A stretch of DNA of 64,000 nucleotides, from the NCBI GenBank assembly GCA_002189035.1, contig NEEC01000020.1, forward strand, positions 1,302,001-1,366,000, read 5' to 3'. The translations under genes and the position numbers were made by a program. The notes under the pieces are model-generated. The model was not told the DNA's origin, did no database searches, and saw nothing but the letters and a program-made list of their open reading frames with translations. Below, one piece after another: positions 52,700-64,000 of this stretch (the first letter of the stretch is position 1; each line of letters starts with the position of its first letter). This DNA comes from Utricularia gibba (taxonomy: Eukaryota > Plantae > Magnoliophyta).

Positions 52700-52800
52700 G
52701 TGGTTGAAGGATGAGGAAAGAAGCACATGAAAGATCACATGCCATTGTCCTTCTCCACGAATCATTTGTTTGGAATCCGACAAAGAGGTTCCCTACATTG
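52700..52800 (-). promoter_or_regulatory. Conserved SAUR promoter module (TGTCGG plus two CATGTG), repeated upstream of all four copies
   Basis: CCGACA at 52777, 54884 and 57477; TGTCGG at 60986; paired CACATG/CATGTG (e.g. 61027, 61039). TGTCGG is a known high-affinity ARF site and CACATG is the HUD/E-box element. Confidence 0.65.
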
Positions 52801-54404
52801 CTCACCGCACTCCGCCAACTTGACAACCGCTGCTCCCTTTGCAAAACCCCTGCTCTTGATAGATCAGGCAGGTTTCGTTGTATCTATGAAAAAGTTGAAT
52901 TGTGTGTATAAATCCTTTACTTCCAAACCCTTGAATACTTCTCTAGGTAATCAAGTCAGAATATGAGGGGTATAGTTTGATATGATGGCGAAATATATAT
53001 TCAAAAAGTCAATAAAATTTATTGACAATAACAAATAATGTCTCAATGTATTGGTAGCAGTGAAATACATGCAATGTGGAACCACCAACTACAATAATCA
53101 AGCGCTCAATTCATTTATAATGTGGTACTTATAAAAAGACTATGTGGACTCAACTATAAGAACAAAAGGTTGAAAAATAGGATTTGGCATATCATGGAAT
53201 ACACGACAAGTAGACTAGGGATGAAATCAAACAATTAAGAGAAACAATCTACCAATATTATTATCCTAAATATATATGGTTTGCTAGCAAATGTGTAGTA
53301 TATTGATGTGGTACAAGCAATCGGAAGGCTTGCCTGCATTATCATATTTAGGGTAGGTTAGTGTCACACTAATTTTACCATTCTAACTGTATGTTTACTA
53401 ATGATATTCATTTTACTATTACAGCATATCTTAGATTAGTGCATGGAAAAGTTCAATATTGCATTTTGGTCTTTAGGAAAAAAGTTTTCACCAGCATTTG
53501 TCTTTCTACTTACTATTGCACTAAAGCATTCAAATTTTGGTTATTTTACAATGGACTTGTACATAAAATAGTCATTTTCATTCTTATGTGTATGTAGAGA
53601 GTTTGACTTTTGTTAGGTTATAAGCCAATGAACTTACATGGAAGTGTAGGTTGACTAGAGCTTCAACTATTTAATGCCTTGAAACGTATATAGGACGATT
53701 ATAGAATATTCAAATATTATTTCGATCCTAGTAACAAATTATTACTCGACAATTCATTGAAGAAATCATTCTTAAATCTGATAATGCACTGTTCTTTTAT
53801 TTAAGTGTCATTGAATTTGTCTTTAATTATACATTTTACCATATTCAATAGCTAAAAATGCAATATTCTCATTATCTTACAAGATGACACAAAGAGATGA
53901 CAATTATGGGTACATGTGATTACTTTTAGAAGAATTGTATGAAACGGGCATATGTAGTTTTATGGAAACATTTCAATGTAATTTAATTTATTCTTATTAA
54001 TGGATCAAAATTATTATTTAAACAAACATTCAAAGGAGTTGATTTTTGAAATTTTATATTTTGAGAATGATTATTGTTGAAATGAAAACTTTTATAAACG
54101 TCGATCGACACCGACACCATCACCGGTTGTGGCTACTCCATCGTCTATCTTCTGCCCCCATCATTCGACCGATGCTCGGCTGCTTTCTCTCGCTATTTAT
54201 TATTACGGTATTCACATAAATTAATGATAGAAATATGAGATATGAAGCAGAAGCAGTATATTCATCTGGAAAATGGAACCTTCATCTCACTCACAAATTG
54301 TATGCTTTGACTCATCATTGCGATGAGACAGTACAACCTCTCTAGCTAAATTTACAAGAGCTATCGATGATCTTCCTAAGCCCCTAGCCGCATGTGCAGA
54401 TGGA

Positions 54405-54668
54405 CTACAACTGGGATGTCACTTCCAGAAAGAAATTGTGGCTGCAAGGAATGGTGATGCCACCCATTGGATGGCTGAATCCGTACTCTTCTTCCAACGG
54501 CTGCAATAACAACTCTTGGAACAAGGGCTCATTCAAGTACGAGATCGGGATCACGAATCGCCTCTTTTCGTTCTCCCCAACGTACACTGCGAGATGCCCT
54601 TTGGGGACTTCCGATGGGGATTTCCTTTCACCAGACAATGTTCTTCGAAGCACCTGACCGATCACCAT
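54405..54668 (-). CDS. SAUR: SAUR family protein, cluster copy 2, 87 aa
   Basis: Intact ORF; differs from copy 1 at 2 residues. Confidence 0.9.
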   Translation of the reverse strand: MVIGQVLRRTLSGERKSPSEVPKGHLAVYVGENEKRRFVIPISYLNEPLFQELLLQPLEEEYGFSHPMGGITIPCSHNFFLEVTSQL

Positions 54669-56989
54669 AGAATAAGGAGAATGCAGTTCGCTAGAAGATC
54701 ACAAGAAAGGAGTTATTGCTGGTGATGTCCAAATGAGCAGCATGTGGCAAATATATACGGGTCTTGGAGGAGGCAGTGGCCATGTGGAGTGAATTGCTGA
54801 TGATGGGTAGTTGAAGGATGGGGAAAGAAACACATGAAGGAGCACATGCCATTGTCCTTCTCCACGAATCATTTGTTTGGAATCCGACAAAGAGGTTCCC
54901 TACATTGCTCACCGCACTCCGCCAACTTGACAACCCCTGCTTCCTTTGCTATCAGAAAACATAATCCTATTTGTGAATTCTCGTTAGATCATGTATGTTT
55001 CGTTGAACCCATGAAAAAGTTGGATTGTGTGCATAAATCCTTTACTTCCAAACCCTTGAAAACTTCTATTGGCGACCAAGTCGGAATGTAAGGCGTATAG
55101 TTTGATATGATGATGAAATATATTCAAAAAGCGAATAACATTTATTGACAACGACAAATAAATGTTTGATATGTATTGTTAGCAGAAAAATACATGTCAT
55201 GAATAGATGGTGAACCACCAACTACAATGATCAAGGGCTCAACTACAAGAAAGACATTGAGAAATAGGATTTAACATATCATGGAGTACACAACAAGGAG
55301 ATTGTAGGATCATCTACCCTACAACAAAAATAGAGAATGAAGATGTTGTCCAAATGCACATACAACTTCGAATGACTATGGACGAAATCAAACAATTGAA
55401 ATAAACCATCCACCAATATTATCATCCTAAATATTAATGGTTTACTGACAAATGTGTAGTATATTGATATGAGACAAGTGACAGGAAGGCTTGCTTGCAT
55501 TATCATATGTAAGGTAGGTAAGTATCACACTAATTTTACCATTCTAATTGTATGTTTAATAATGATATTTATTTTATTAATGCAATTTATTTTAGACTAG
55601 TGCATGAAAATGTTCAATGTTACATTTTGGTCTTGAAGAGAAGTGTAATTGAATCACCAACATTTCTGTTTCTACTTCCTACTGCACTAAAGCATTCAAA
55701 ATTTTGGTCGTTTACCATGGGCTTGGAGATAAAATAGTTAATTTCATTCTTATATGTATGTAGAGATCTTCCTTTTTTGGCTTATAAATTAGTACACTTA
55801 CAGGGGAGTGTGTGTTGACTAGAGCTTCAGCATCATTATGTTTAAAGACTTCAAGGGAATGGAGTGATTGTAGAACATTCAAGTATCATTTCAACCCTAG
55901 TAGCACATTATTGTTCGACAATTCATTGAATAAATCACTCTTAAATCTGATAACGAGCCATTCTTTTATAAAAATGTCATAGAATTTGCCTTTTAATTAA
56001 GCATTTTACCATATTTAATAGGTAAATAATGCAATATTCTGATTGTTTCACATGATGACACAAAGAGATGACAATCTATTATCGTTACATCCGAGTGCTT
56101 TTAGAAGAATTATATGAATCGAACATGTCTGATTACATGGAAACATTTCAGTGTGAGCATCTTTGGATCAAAATGTCAATGCATGTAATCATGAGCATTA
56201 GGAGATTTTAGAGTTTCTAAAAAATCAATACATACAGTTATATTTTGTTAGAAAAATTGTATTAAGGATTTTATATTCCAATTATATTAGGAAAGTCCAA
56301 GAATTTAAACATGTTGTTTTAATGAAGAACGAAAAAAATTAATAATAATTGTAAATTAATTTATTTCAACAGGGAAAAATTTTAAAATAATTTGTTTCTT
56401 GAAATGCGTTCTTTAAAAACATATTTTACAAATAACTGTTTTTTTTTGTATATTGTTTTCCAAAGTATTCATGTTTTTCCAAATATTTCGTTCTTTTCTA
56501 AATAACTATTTAAAAATACGTAGTTATGATTGTTCTAACTTCTACCCATCGATGGGCAGCATCACCGGTTGTGGCTACTCTATCGTCCTACTTATGCTCG
56601 GCCGCTTTCGCCATTATCCGAGAGGCTTCCCATACGCTGCCCACTCCCACTCATATGCCCACGTGCCTGTCTTTTCAACCGCCTCCCAAACCTCTACCTT
56701 CTCCCTAAACCTCCTCTCTGATTAATTGATTATAGTTCAGAACTTCGATTGTGTGTGAGTGATAACACATAATATGTTTCTTTAAGATAAGGGTATTCAC
56801 ATAAACTAATGATCGAAATAAGGGATATGAAGCGGAAGCAGTATATTCATCTGGAAAATTGAGCTTTGATCTCACTCATAATGCATATACTCTAACTAAC
56901 CATCTCGATGAGACAATCTAACCTCTCTAATAAAATTTACAAGAGCTATAGATGATCTTCCTAAACCCCTAGCAGCATGTGAGGATGGA

Positions 56990-57253
56990 CTACAATTGGG
57001 ATGTCACTTCCAGAAAGAAATTGTGACTGCAAGGAATGGTGATGCCACCCATTGGATGGCTGAATCCGTACTCCTCTTCCAACGGCTGCAATAACAGCTC
57101 TTGGAACAAGGGCTCATTCAAGTAGGAGATCGGGATCACGAATCGCCTCTTTTCGTTCTCCCCAACGTACACTGCGAGATGCCCTTTGGGGACTTCAGAT
57201 GGGGATTTCCGTTCACCAGACAATGTTCTTCGAAGCACATGACCGATCGCCAT
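56990..57253 (-). CDS. SAUR: SAUR family protein, cluster copy 3, 87 aa
   Basis: Intact ORF from MAIGHV; differs from copy 1 at 2 residues. Confidence 0.9.
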   Translation of the reverse strand: MAIGHVLRRTLSGERKSPSEVPKGHLAVYVGENEKRRFVIPISYLNEPLFQELLLQPLEEEYGFSHPMGGITIPCSHNFFLEVTSQL

Positions 57254-58399
57254 AGAATCAGGGGAAATGCAGTTTGCAAGAAGATCACAAGAAAGAGTTA
57301 TTGCTGAAGTTAGGGTGATGTGCAAATGAGTAGTATGTGCCCATTATATACGGATGTTGGAGGAGGCAGTGGCCATGTGGAGTGAATTGCTGATGATGGG
57401 TAGTTGAAGGGTGGGGAAAGAAGCACATGAAGGAGCACATGCCATTGTCCTTCTCCACGAATCATTTGTTTAGAATCCGACAAAGAGGTTCCCTACATTG
57501 CTACGCGCACTCCACCAACTTCACAACCCCTGCAAAACATAATCCTACTTTTGCATTCCCTCTGTTCAGTTGTAATATCTCATGTAGATACCTCTTGGGA
57601 TTTCGCCTCCATTACCTTCTTTCCACTCCCTCCAGTTTGTTCCTGAGGAGGCATTGCAACTATAACCCATGGATTTTCATTGAAAATCACTGCTATCCGA
57701 ATCGTCATCTTCTACCTTGCCACCAGCATTGTTGTAACTGGCACTAGTTTTCTTCTTCTTGAGGGTTGTGTTGCTGTTTACTTGACCTTTGCCATGCTAG
57801 CAGTCTTCCTCAAGTCGGTGGGCAGTTATTTGTTCCGGAATGTATAGAACGTGGGGAGCAGTTCCTTCGCACTCCCACCACGATAATGGGGTCTGAACAA
57901 TTTGAGCTTGTCTCCACTTTTAACTTGGTGGGAATTTGGCAACGAAAATGATCTTTCTCCACCTGAATTACCGCTATCTTAATTAAAGACAAACTTATAA
58001 TTGATTTAGTCAAAAGAATATGGCAAAGTAAAATAAAAAATAACATAAATAACGAAATCCAATATGGGTAAATCCTAACAGTACCCTTTTGTTTCTTTTC
58101 TAGCCTATACTTGCTGCCACTTCATATTGAAATCCAGATTGCAAATATTATTATTTTTTAAATATTTGCTCGACTGAGTTGAATCCCAAGGATCGGTTGT
58201 GGGTGAACGCGTACGGTATATTTTCAATTGGTCTACATTATTAAGTATACTATTTTTTTTCTTTATTTCCAATTTGTCCTATTTTTTACGATCACCATCT
58301 GCTTTCCTTCTACTTGCTTTCCAAAAATCTGCCTCCAAGTTGCTGAATGTTATGGAAAATACACAAAAAAATAATAAAAGTCTTCAAACACCCATAGCA

Positions 58400-59150
58400 T
58401 TTGGCAATGTCTATGGGACACAATTTGTCTCCCACTACTCACTAGGAATATCATTGTGTCCTGATACTGCAAGTTTCGAAGTTTCTATAAATTTTCATTG
58501 TTGTTGCAGCAACGGTGAACATGGATTGCTCAAATAGGGGAGGTCACAGAAGGATGCTTGGGGCAAAACATTTTCCTTCACAAATGGAGAATCCACTGAG
58601 CAACAACCATGAGATGAATTGAAGGACCGCCCCTCATCACTCATGCTTAAGTGGCTATGACAAGCAACACATCCCTTGAAGCCAAGTGAGTGTGTATCCC
58701 AATAAAAGAGTTGGTATAGTTCTTGAGGGCAAATTTATCTTTATGAGATATAATATTTACAGCATAGACATACAAAAAGATAAAAAATGAGAATAATCCT
58801 GAGTTTCTTGAAAAAGAAGCTCATAAAGATTCTTCATCAAAAGAGCAAATGATGGAACCTGATTGATCAAATAAGCTGCTATAAGCATTGCATCTTCCAA
58901 AAAATTCTGAGATAACCCAGGCTAAAATGATGAAGTATAGACTGAGCTAACTTGGCAAGGTAATGATGCTTTCTTTCAATGTGATCATTTTGTTGTGCCA
59001 AATGAGAACACGTGCAATTATGATAAATCTCATGTGTCTAGAATGTAGAGCACTTGGAATTCATGAATTTAGACCCATTGTTAGATCGAATGTATGTGAT
59101 CATGGCATTCAATTGATTTTTGAAAAGGGCAATTGATGATAATTCTACAC
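58400..59150 (-). mobile_element. Possible LINE 3' remnant
   Basis: Weak minus-strand motifs only (IARVLIWHNKM and a possible RNase H-like fragment); heavily decayed. Confidence 0.25.
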
Positions 59151-59953
59151 ATACACATAAACCATCTAATTAATAAAATAAGATCATGTTGATAGAGAAT
59201 TGTTATTAGATTTTTCTTTTAAAATAATCTATGTTTTCCTGACACCCAAATCTAATTCCTACACCTCACACTTCACACCTCATAAACAAATTAAATAGAA
59301 TGTGTCTTATCAATAATGTCCAATTGGATTATTCTTCTTAGGTGCTTGAGTCCAATTTTTGATTCTTTCACACTTCCTTAAGACCATATGATACTAAAAA
59401 GCATGTTGGGAAAGAAAACACTGCAAAAAAAAAAAGAATTAAATCTCAAATTAAATGTAAAAAAACATAGTAAATTAGTCACATGTATAGAACTTGCACA
59501 AGTAAGACTTCATTGCAGATCTTTAACCACAAGCACTTGCACGTGCCTGCTCGACTCTAAAACACAAAAGTTGCTGAAAAATGACATGCAATAAATCAAA
59601 AGGTGCAAGACTCGACTCTAAACTATTAGACTAACTGCATGACTCTAGTCCTCAGGCTCTGGTCTTTATATAATGGTAAGGATTTGTCGGGTTTCCTTGA
59701 TGGGTTCATATCAAATTTTTTATCTGAATCTTTCAAGATAAGATACAAATCTTATAGGATGAGATCCAAATCTTCCAAAATAACACGCAAATCTTGTCTT
59801 ATCGGAGAGTCTTTGATCGAGTCTTCATTCGAATAAGCCAAATCTTTGACTTCATCAAAGTCAGCTCAAATTTCCTTTAAATTAGGCCAAAATCATCATT
59901 AAAAATCATAAAACATACTTTTCCTCCAAAAATATTAAAGTAATATGAAATAT

Positions 59954-60091
59954 ATAAAGTTCATCTAGAAACATAAGGAAATTAAGATAAAAAAGATGTA
60001 AAACCAACCCAAGTGAATTCTAAAAGTATAAAATAAGTGACACAAAATTATTTACACCAATCTAATCCAATTCTTTCTAGATGAACTTTAT
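59954..60091. repeat. MITE-like fold-back with an 18-bp perfect inverted repeat, between two diverged direct repeats
   Basis: ATAAAGTTCATCTAGAAA 59954-59971 and TTTCTAGATGAACTTTAT 60074-60091; flanks ~59720-59880 and ~60105-60270 share AAGATACAAATCTTATA...AAATCTTGTCTTAT. Confidence 0.55.
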
Positions 60092-60399
60092 CAAATTTAT
60101 TATCCGAATATTTTAAAATAAGATACAAATCTTATAAAATAAGATTCAATCTTTTAAGAGAACATCTAAATTTTTTAAGATAACATAAATCTTGTCTTAT
60201 TTGAAAATTTTTTTATTAAATTTTCATTTGTATAGTCCAAATCTTCAACTCCACGAAAACCGATTCTAATTTTCTTTAATATTAATAAAGACTGAAATCA
60301 TACTGAAAAATGATAAAATACACTTTCTTTAAAAAAATAAAACTAATAAAAAAGATATAAAATTTATATAAAAGCATGCAGATAATGGGGTCGGGGATA

Positions 60400-60600
60400 T
60401 TGAGTTGCGCGAGTAGGTGGGTCGAGCAATTTGGTGGATTCCAACCAAATGAGTTGTTGAGAAAGACAATTGCATGTGATCTTTCATGTTCTTGTGTCCT
60501 AATGCTTCCAGCACCCATCTTCACCAATGAACTCCATGTGCCAAATGTACGACGTATTCATTCCTTTTTGGCAGATCACCATAAACATGCATAAAAGTTA
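60400..60600 (+). pseudogene. Promoter-only relic of a SAUR unit (coding region absent)
   Basis: GGATTCCAACCAAATGA...GACAATTGCATGTGATCTTTCATGT aligns to 60990-61045, but no SAUR ORF follows. Confidence 0.6.
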
Positions 60601-61207
60601 AGCATTTGTACTTTGGTTGCAGGACAGGTTCATCAAACCCGCTTGAGATAGGCATACTCCACTCAGTATACAATTTCTTCTCTCTTTTTCTCTTCATCTT
60701 GAATCTCCAGTACATGGTGACCTGTACGGAGTAATTATGTCCCATCTTGAATATTTTTTTTACCATCATATCAAACTATACGGCTCACATTGGAACTTGG
60801 TTGCCAAGAGAAGTTTTCAGGGGTTTGCAAGTAAAGGATTCTATACACAATTCAACTTTTTCATCAGTTCAACGAAACCTACATGATCTATTGAGAATTC
60901 AAAAGTAGGATTATGTTTTCCGATAGCAAAGGAAGCAGCGGTTGTCAAGTTGGCGGAGTGCGCAGAGCAATGTAGGGAACCTCTTTGTCGGATTCCAAAC
61001 AAATGATTCGTGGAGAAGGGCAATGGCATGTGCTCCTTCATGTGCTTCTTTCCCCATCCTTCAACCACCCATCATCAGCAATTCACTCCACATGCCCACT
61101 GCCTCCTCCAACACCCGTATATATTTGCCACATACTGCCCATTTGCACATCACCAGCGATAACTCCTTTCTTGTGATCCTCTTGCAAACTGCATTTTCCC
61201 TGATTCT

Positions 61208-61471
61208 ATGGCGATCGGTCAAGTACTTCGAAGAACATTGTCTGGTGAAAGGAAATCCCCATCTGAAGTCCCCAAAGGACACCTCGCAGTGTACGTCGGG
61301 GAGAACGAAAAGAGGCGATTCGTGATCCCGATCTCGTACTTGAATGAGCCTTTGTTCCAAGAGTTGTTGTTGCACCCGGTGGAAGAAGAGTACGGATTCA
61401 GCCATGCAATGGGTGGCATCACCATTCCTTGCAGTCACAATTTCTTTCTGGAAGTGACATCCCAATTGTAG
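61208..61471 (+). CDS. SAUR: SAUR family protein, cluster copy 4 (inverted), 87 aa
   Basis: Intact ORF; TATATA near 61099; DST-like GGA..ATAGCAT..TTGTA at 61500-61524. Confidence 0.9.
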   Translation: MAIGQVLRRTLSGERKSPSEVPKGHLAVYVGENEKRRFVIPISYLNEPLFQELLLHPVEEEYGFSHAMGGITIPCSHNFFLEVTSQL

Positions 61472-62139
61472 TCCATCTGCAGATGCTGCTACGGGCTTAG
61501 GAAGATTATTGATAGCATCTTGTAAATTTTATTAGAGAGATACATTGTCTCATCACAATGGTGAGCTAGAGGATATCATTTATGACTGAGATGAAGGTTC
61601 ATTTTTTTAGATGAATATACTGCTTCCGCTTCAGATTGAAACCCAGATTGCAAAGATTGTTTCTTTTTTTTTTTAAATATTTGCTCGACTGAGTTGAATC
61701 CCATGGATCGATTGTGGGTGAACGCACACTGTATATATTGGATTGGTGTAGATTATTAATTAAACTATATTTGTCTTTATGTACAAAACAAAAAATGCTC
61801 AATTTATATCATACGTAAATAAGATTATATGATATACATCATTTTAATCATTTCCAATGAACTCTGCTATGGACTGAATTGAGTAGTTTGCGAACCCAGA
61901 TTGCGAATTTTACTTTTTTTAAAATATTTGCTCGACTAAGTTTAATTGTAATGAACTTTCTTAAATATTTGCATAAGACATAAAAATTGTAATGAACTTT
62001 CTTAAAAATAAAATATATACTTGATTTGGAGTCCCCATAATGCTCATCATTGATAGAGGATCTCATTTCTTTAACAAATCTTTGGAGATATTGGTTAAGA
62101 GTTAAGTAAGTATTAAAGAAAACTATCAACTAATCCAAA

Positions 62140-62430
62140 AAAGATTAGATTTAGAAGTTGAATGTTGTATTGTGGGAAATTCAAACTGCTTACAAAATAC
62201 AGATTGGTATGACACCCTTTAAGGTATTTTACTAGACAACTTTTCATTTACTAATAGAGTTGGAATACAAGACTATGGGCAATCGAGTTGTTGATTGATG
62301 ACATGAGTGAGAACATTGAAATTAGGAAATTTCAATTGTCAGAGTTAGAGAAATTGAGGAAGAATGCATATTATAATTCTTGTAGCTTTATGGAATTGTT
62401 CAAATCTTACTATGACAACAAGATTAAAAA
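62140..62430 (+). mobile_element. Isolated Ty3/gypsy (Athila-like) integrase C-terminal fragment
   Basis: TAYKIQIGMTPF and RKFQLSELEKLRKNAYYNS, similar to 41774-42080. Confidence 0.65.
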
Positions 62431-62695
62431 GAAGGAAGAGCCAAGTAAGAAGGTAATTTCACATTGGAAAATTGAAATGGAAAAAACATTTGTAGTAAAA
62501 TATGTGAACTAAAATGATTCAGTAAGATTATTAATAAATATCAAGATGCTGAGATTTTTACTATAAATGGTCATAGGTTGAAACTTCATTATGGGATACA
62601 TCAAAAGGATGAATAGAGAAGAAGAGAGAGATAATCTCCCCTTCAATGACAAAAACACCTCAAAAGATTAATTGGATATATTGTCCTAGAACTAG

Positions 62696-62850
62696 AAGTG
62701 GGCACAAATATGGGTAGATCCGGAAATCGGGCGGGTTGACCTGTGATGATTTTGACCCGTTATCCACCTGTGATGAGTTCGACCCGTTATCCATATCTGT
62801 TGGAAACGGGTACGAGACGAGGTCGGAAGTGAACAGATACAGGTCAACCT
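62696..62850. mobile_element. hAT-like terminal/subterminal fragment
   Basis: TAGAAGTGGGCA start, repeated (G)ACCCG motifs and a 27-bp tandem unit ACCTGTGATGA....GACCCGTTATCC. Confidence 0.4.
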
Positions 62851-64000
62851 GGGGTCAGAGAAATTAGACATAAACAGGAAAAAGATAGAAAAACAGGGTA
62901 GCAGCTAAAAGCAGTTTTGAGGATATGAGATTTGATGTAGGTGTAGTATCTTGGCGTATGAGGATATTTGCGTGAGCAGTTTTTGTATTGAACATAATGC
63001 AACAAAGCTTTTCTTCAATACATTGTAGCAACTAAAAATAGCCATTGTTGAAGGAGCCGTTGTACCCGTTACCGTCATTATGGCTACCTTAGTAGTCTTC
63101 CCTTCTACGGTTAGCATCCTTGAGTAGCGTCAAGATACTGTCGGTTGGGCTTGCTGGGAGAAGCCCATCCTTTCGATAATTTTCCTGTTGAACAGTCCAT
63201 TTGACAGCATTCGGGTCCATTATGATGAAGCCCATATCTGAGTTCAATCTTTTCTTCCGACGATTGGAAGCATCACAGCGACTTCGACTTTCCTCCGGGT
63301 TCTCACACCTCGTCTCTGCTTCATCTTCACACAATCTTGTCGTGGCTTGATCATTCTTAGCCTTCATACCTCCTTGAAGGTGAAACCGAGGAGAGGTTTC
63401 CGAATCCGACGGATTTCGTTGCAACCCTAGCAGTTCTCTGATTTGGGTGAACTGTTTTGGGAAAAGGGATTTCATCAATACGTCTGCAATTTGGAGCTCT
63501 GAGGGTAAGTATTCCAGTCCAATGGTTTCTTCCTTGATGTAATCTCTGAGGACGTGGTATTTGATTCTAATATGTTTCGTCTTTCCAAACATAACTGGAT
63601 TTTGGGCGATGCTTATGACTGATTTATTGTCAATCTTCAATATAAGTGGTCTTTGTATCTTGATTTCGAGGTCATCGCACAGTTTGAGTAGCCATTGTGC
63701 GTGGTTAGTTGCTGAGGCTCTTGATATGTACTCTGCCTCTACCGATGATTGAGCAACAAGGTCTTGTTTTTTTCTATTCTAGGAAAAAGCAGCTGAGCCA
63801 AGGTGAACAAGTAGCCAATGGTGGATTTCAAGTCTGATTCGTCTCCTACAAAATCGGAGTCAACAAAGCCTTGGAGAACAGGGTTAGTGAATTTCTTAAA
63901 ATACAAACCCAATGTCTTGGTAGGGTGTAAATATTTGAAAATTTTCTCAGCAATTTTCAGATGGAGAGGAAGAGGTTTATACATAAAACGAGATAGAAAT
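62850..64000 (-). mobile_element. 3' end of a Ty1/copia element (RT end, RNase H, PPT, 3' LTR); continues beyond the window
   Basis: LQGFVDSDFVGDESDLKSTIGY; IDNKSVISIAQNPVMFGKTKHIRIKYHVLRD; QIADVLMKSL; PPT-like AAGGAGG followed by TGAAG at 63366. The left LTR boundary is approximate. Confidence 0.85.

Larger units (their letters stand above)
50850..57540 (-). repeat. Tandem duplication with ~2.1-2.6-kb units, each carrying one SAUR gene
   Basis: Promoter anchor ATGAA(A/G)GA(T/G)CACATG at 52727, 54834 and 57427; flanks at 53390 and 55552 collinear; extra flank-only block at 50880-51040. Confidence 0.88.

Noticed and set aside
61061-61465. Antisense ORFs over the SAUR genes (also 52410-52619, 54516-54725, 57101-57307, 15726-15929)
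   Set aside because: Shadow frames of real SAUR CDSs; they repeat only because the genes are duplicated.

Overview
AT-rich, transposon-dense plant (angiosperm-type) nuclear DNA with GT-AG introns. Well-supported protein-coding genes: (1) an organellar, bacterial-type DNA topoisomerase IA on + (2329-6663, 9 inferred exons, about 1144 aa) whose catalytic core lies in one 1737-nt exon; (2) a single SAUR gene on - (15648-15968); (3) a YEATS-domain YAF9/GAS41 gene on - (26366-27856); (4) four nearly identical 87-aa SAUR genes, three in tandem on - and one inverted on + (52.3-61.5 kb). Most of the rest is nested, decayed mobile DNA: a 10.2-kb Athila-type Ty3/gypsy element with env-like ORFs and an internal 3-kb inversion, two solo LTRs of the same family, a CRM-type solo LTR inside a ~178-bp tandem array, Copia remnants, a head-to-head TRIM structure, and PIF/Harbinger, hAT and MULE remnants. 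No rRNA, tRNA or CRISPR features were recognised. The best leads are possible block intron loss in the topoisomerase, the rearranged Athila element that could yield a long hairpin RNA, the satellite-like array with its CRM LTR, the non-canonical SAUR cluster and a candidate small secreted peptide. All coordinates were read by eye; TE boundaries are approximate and family names rest on recalled motifs, not database searches.
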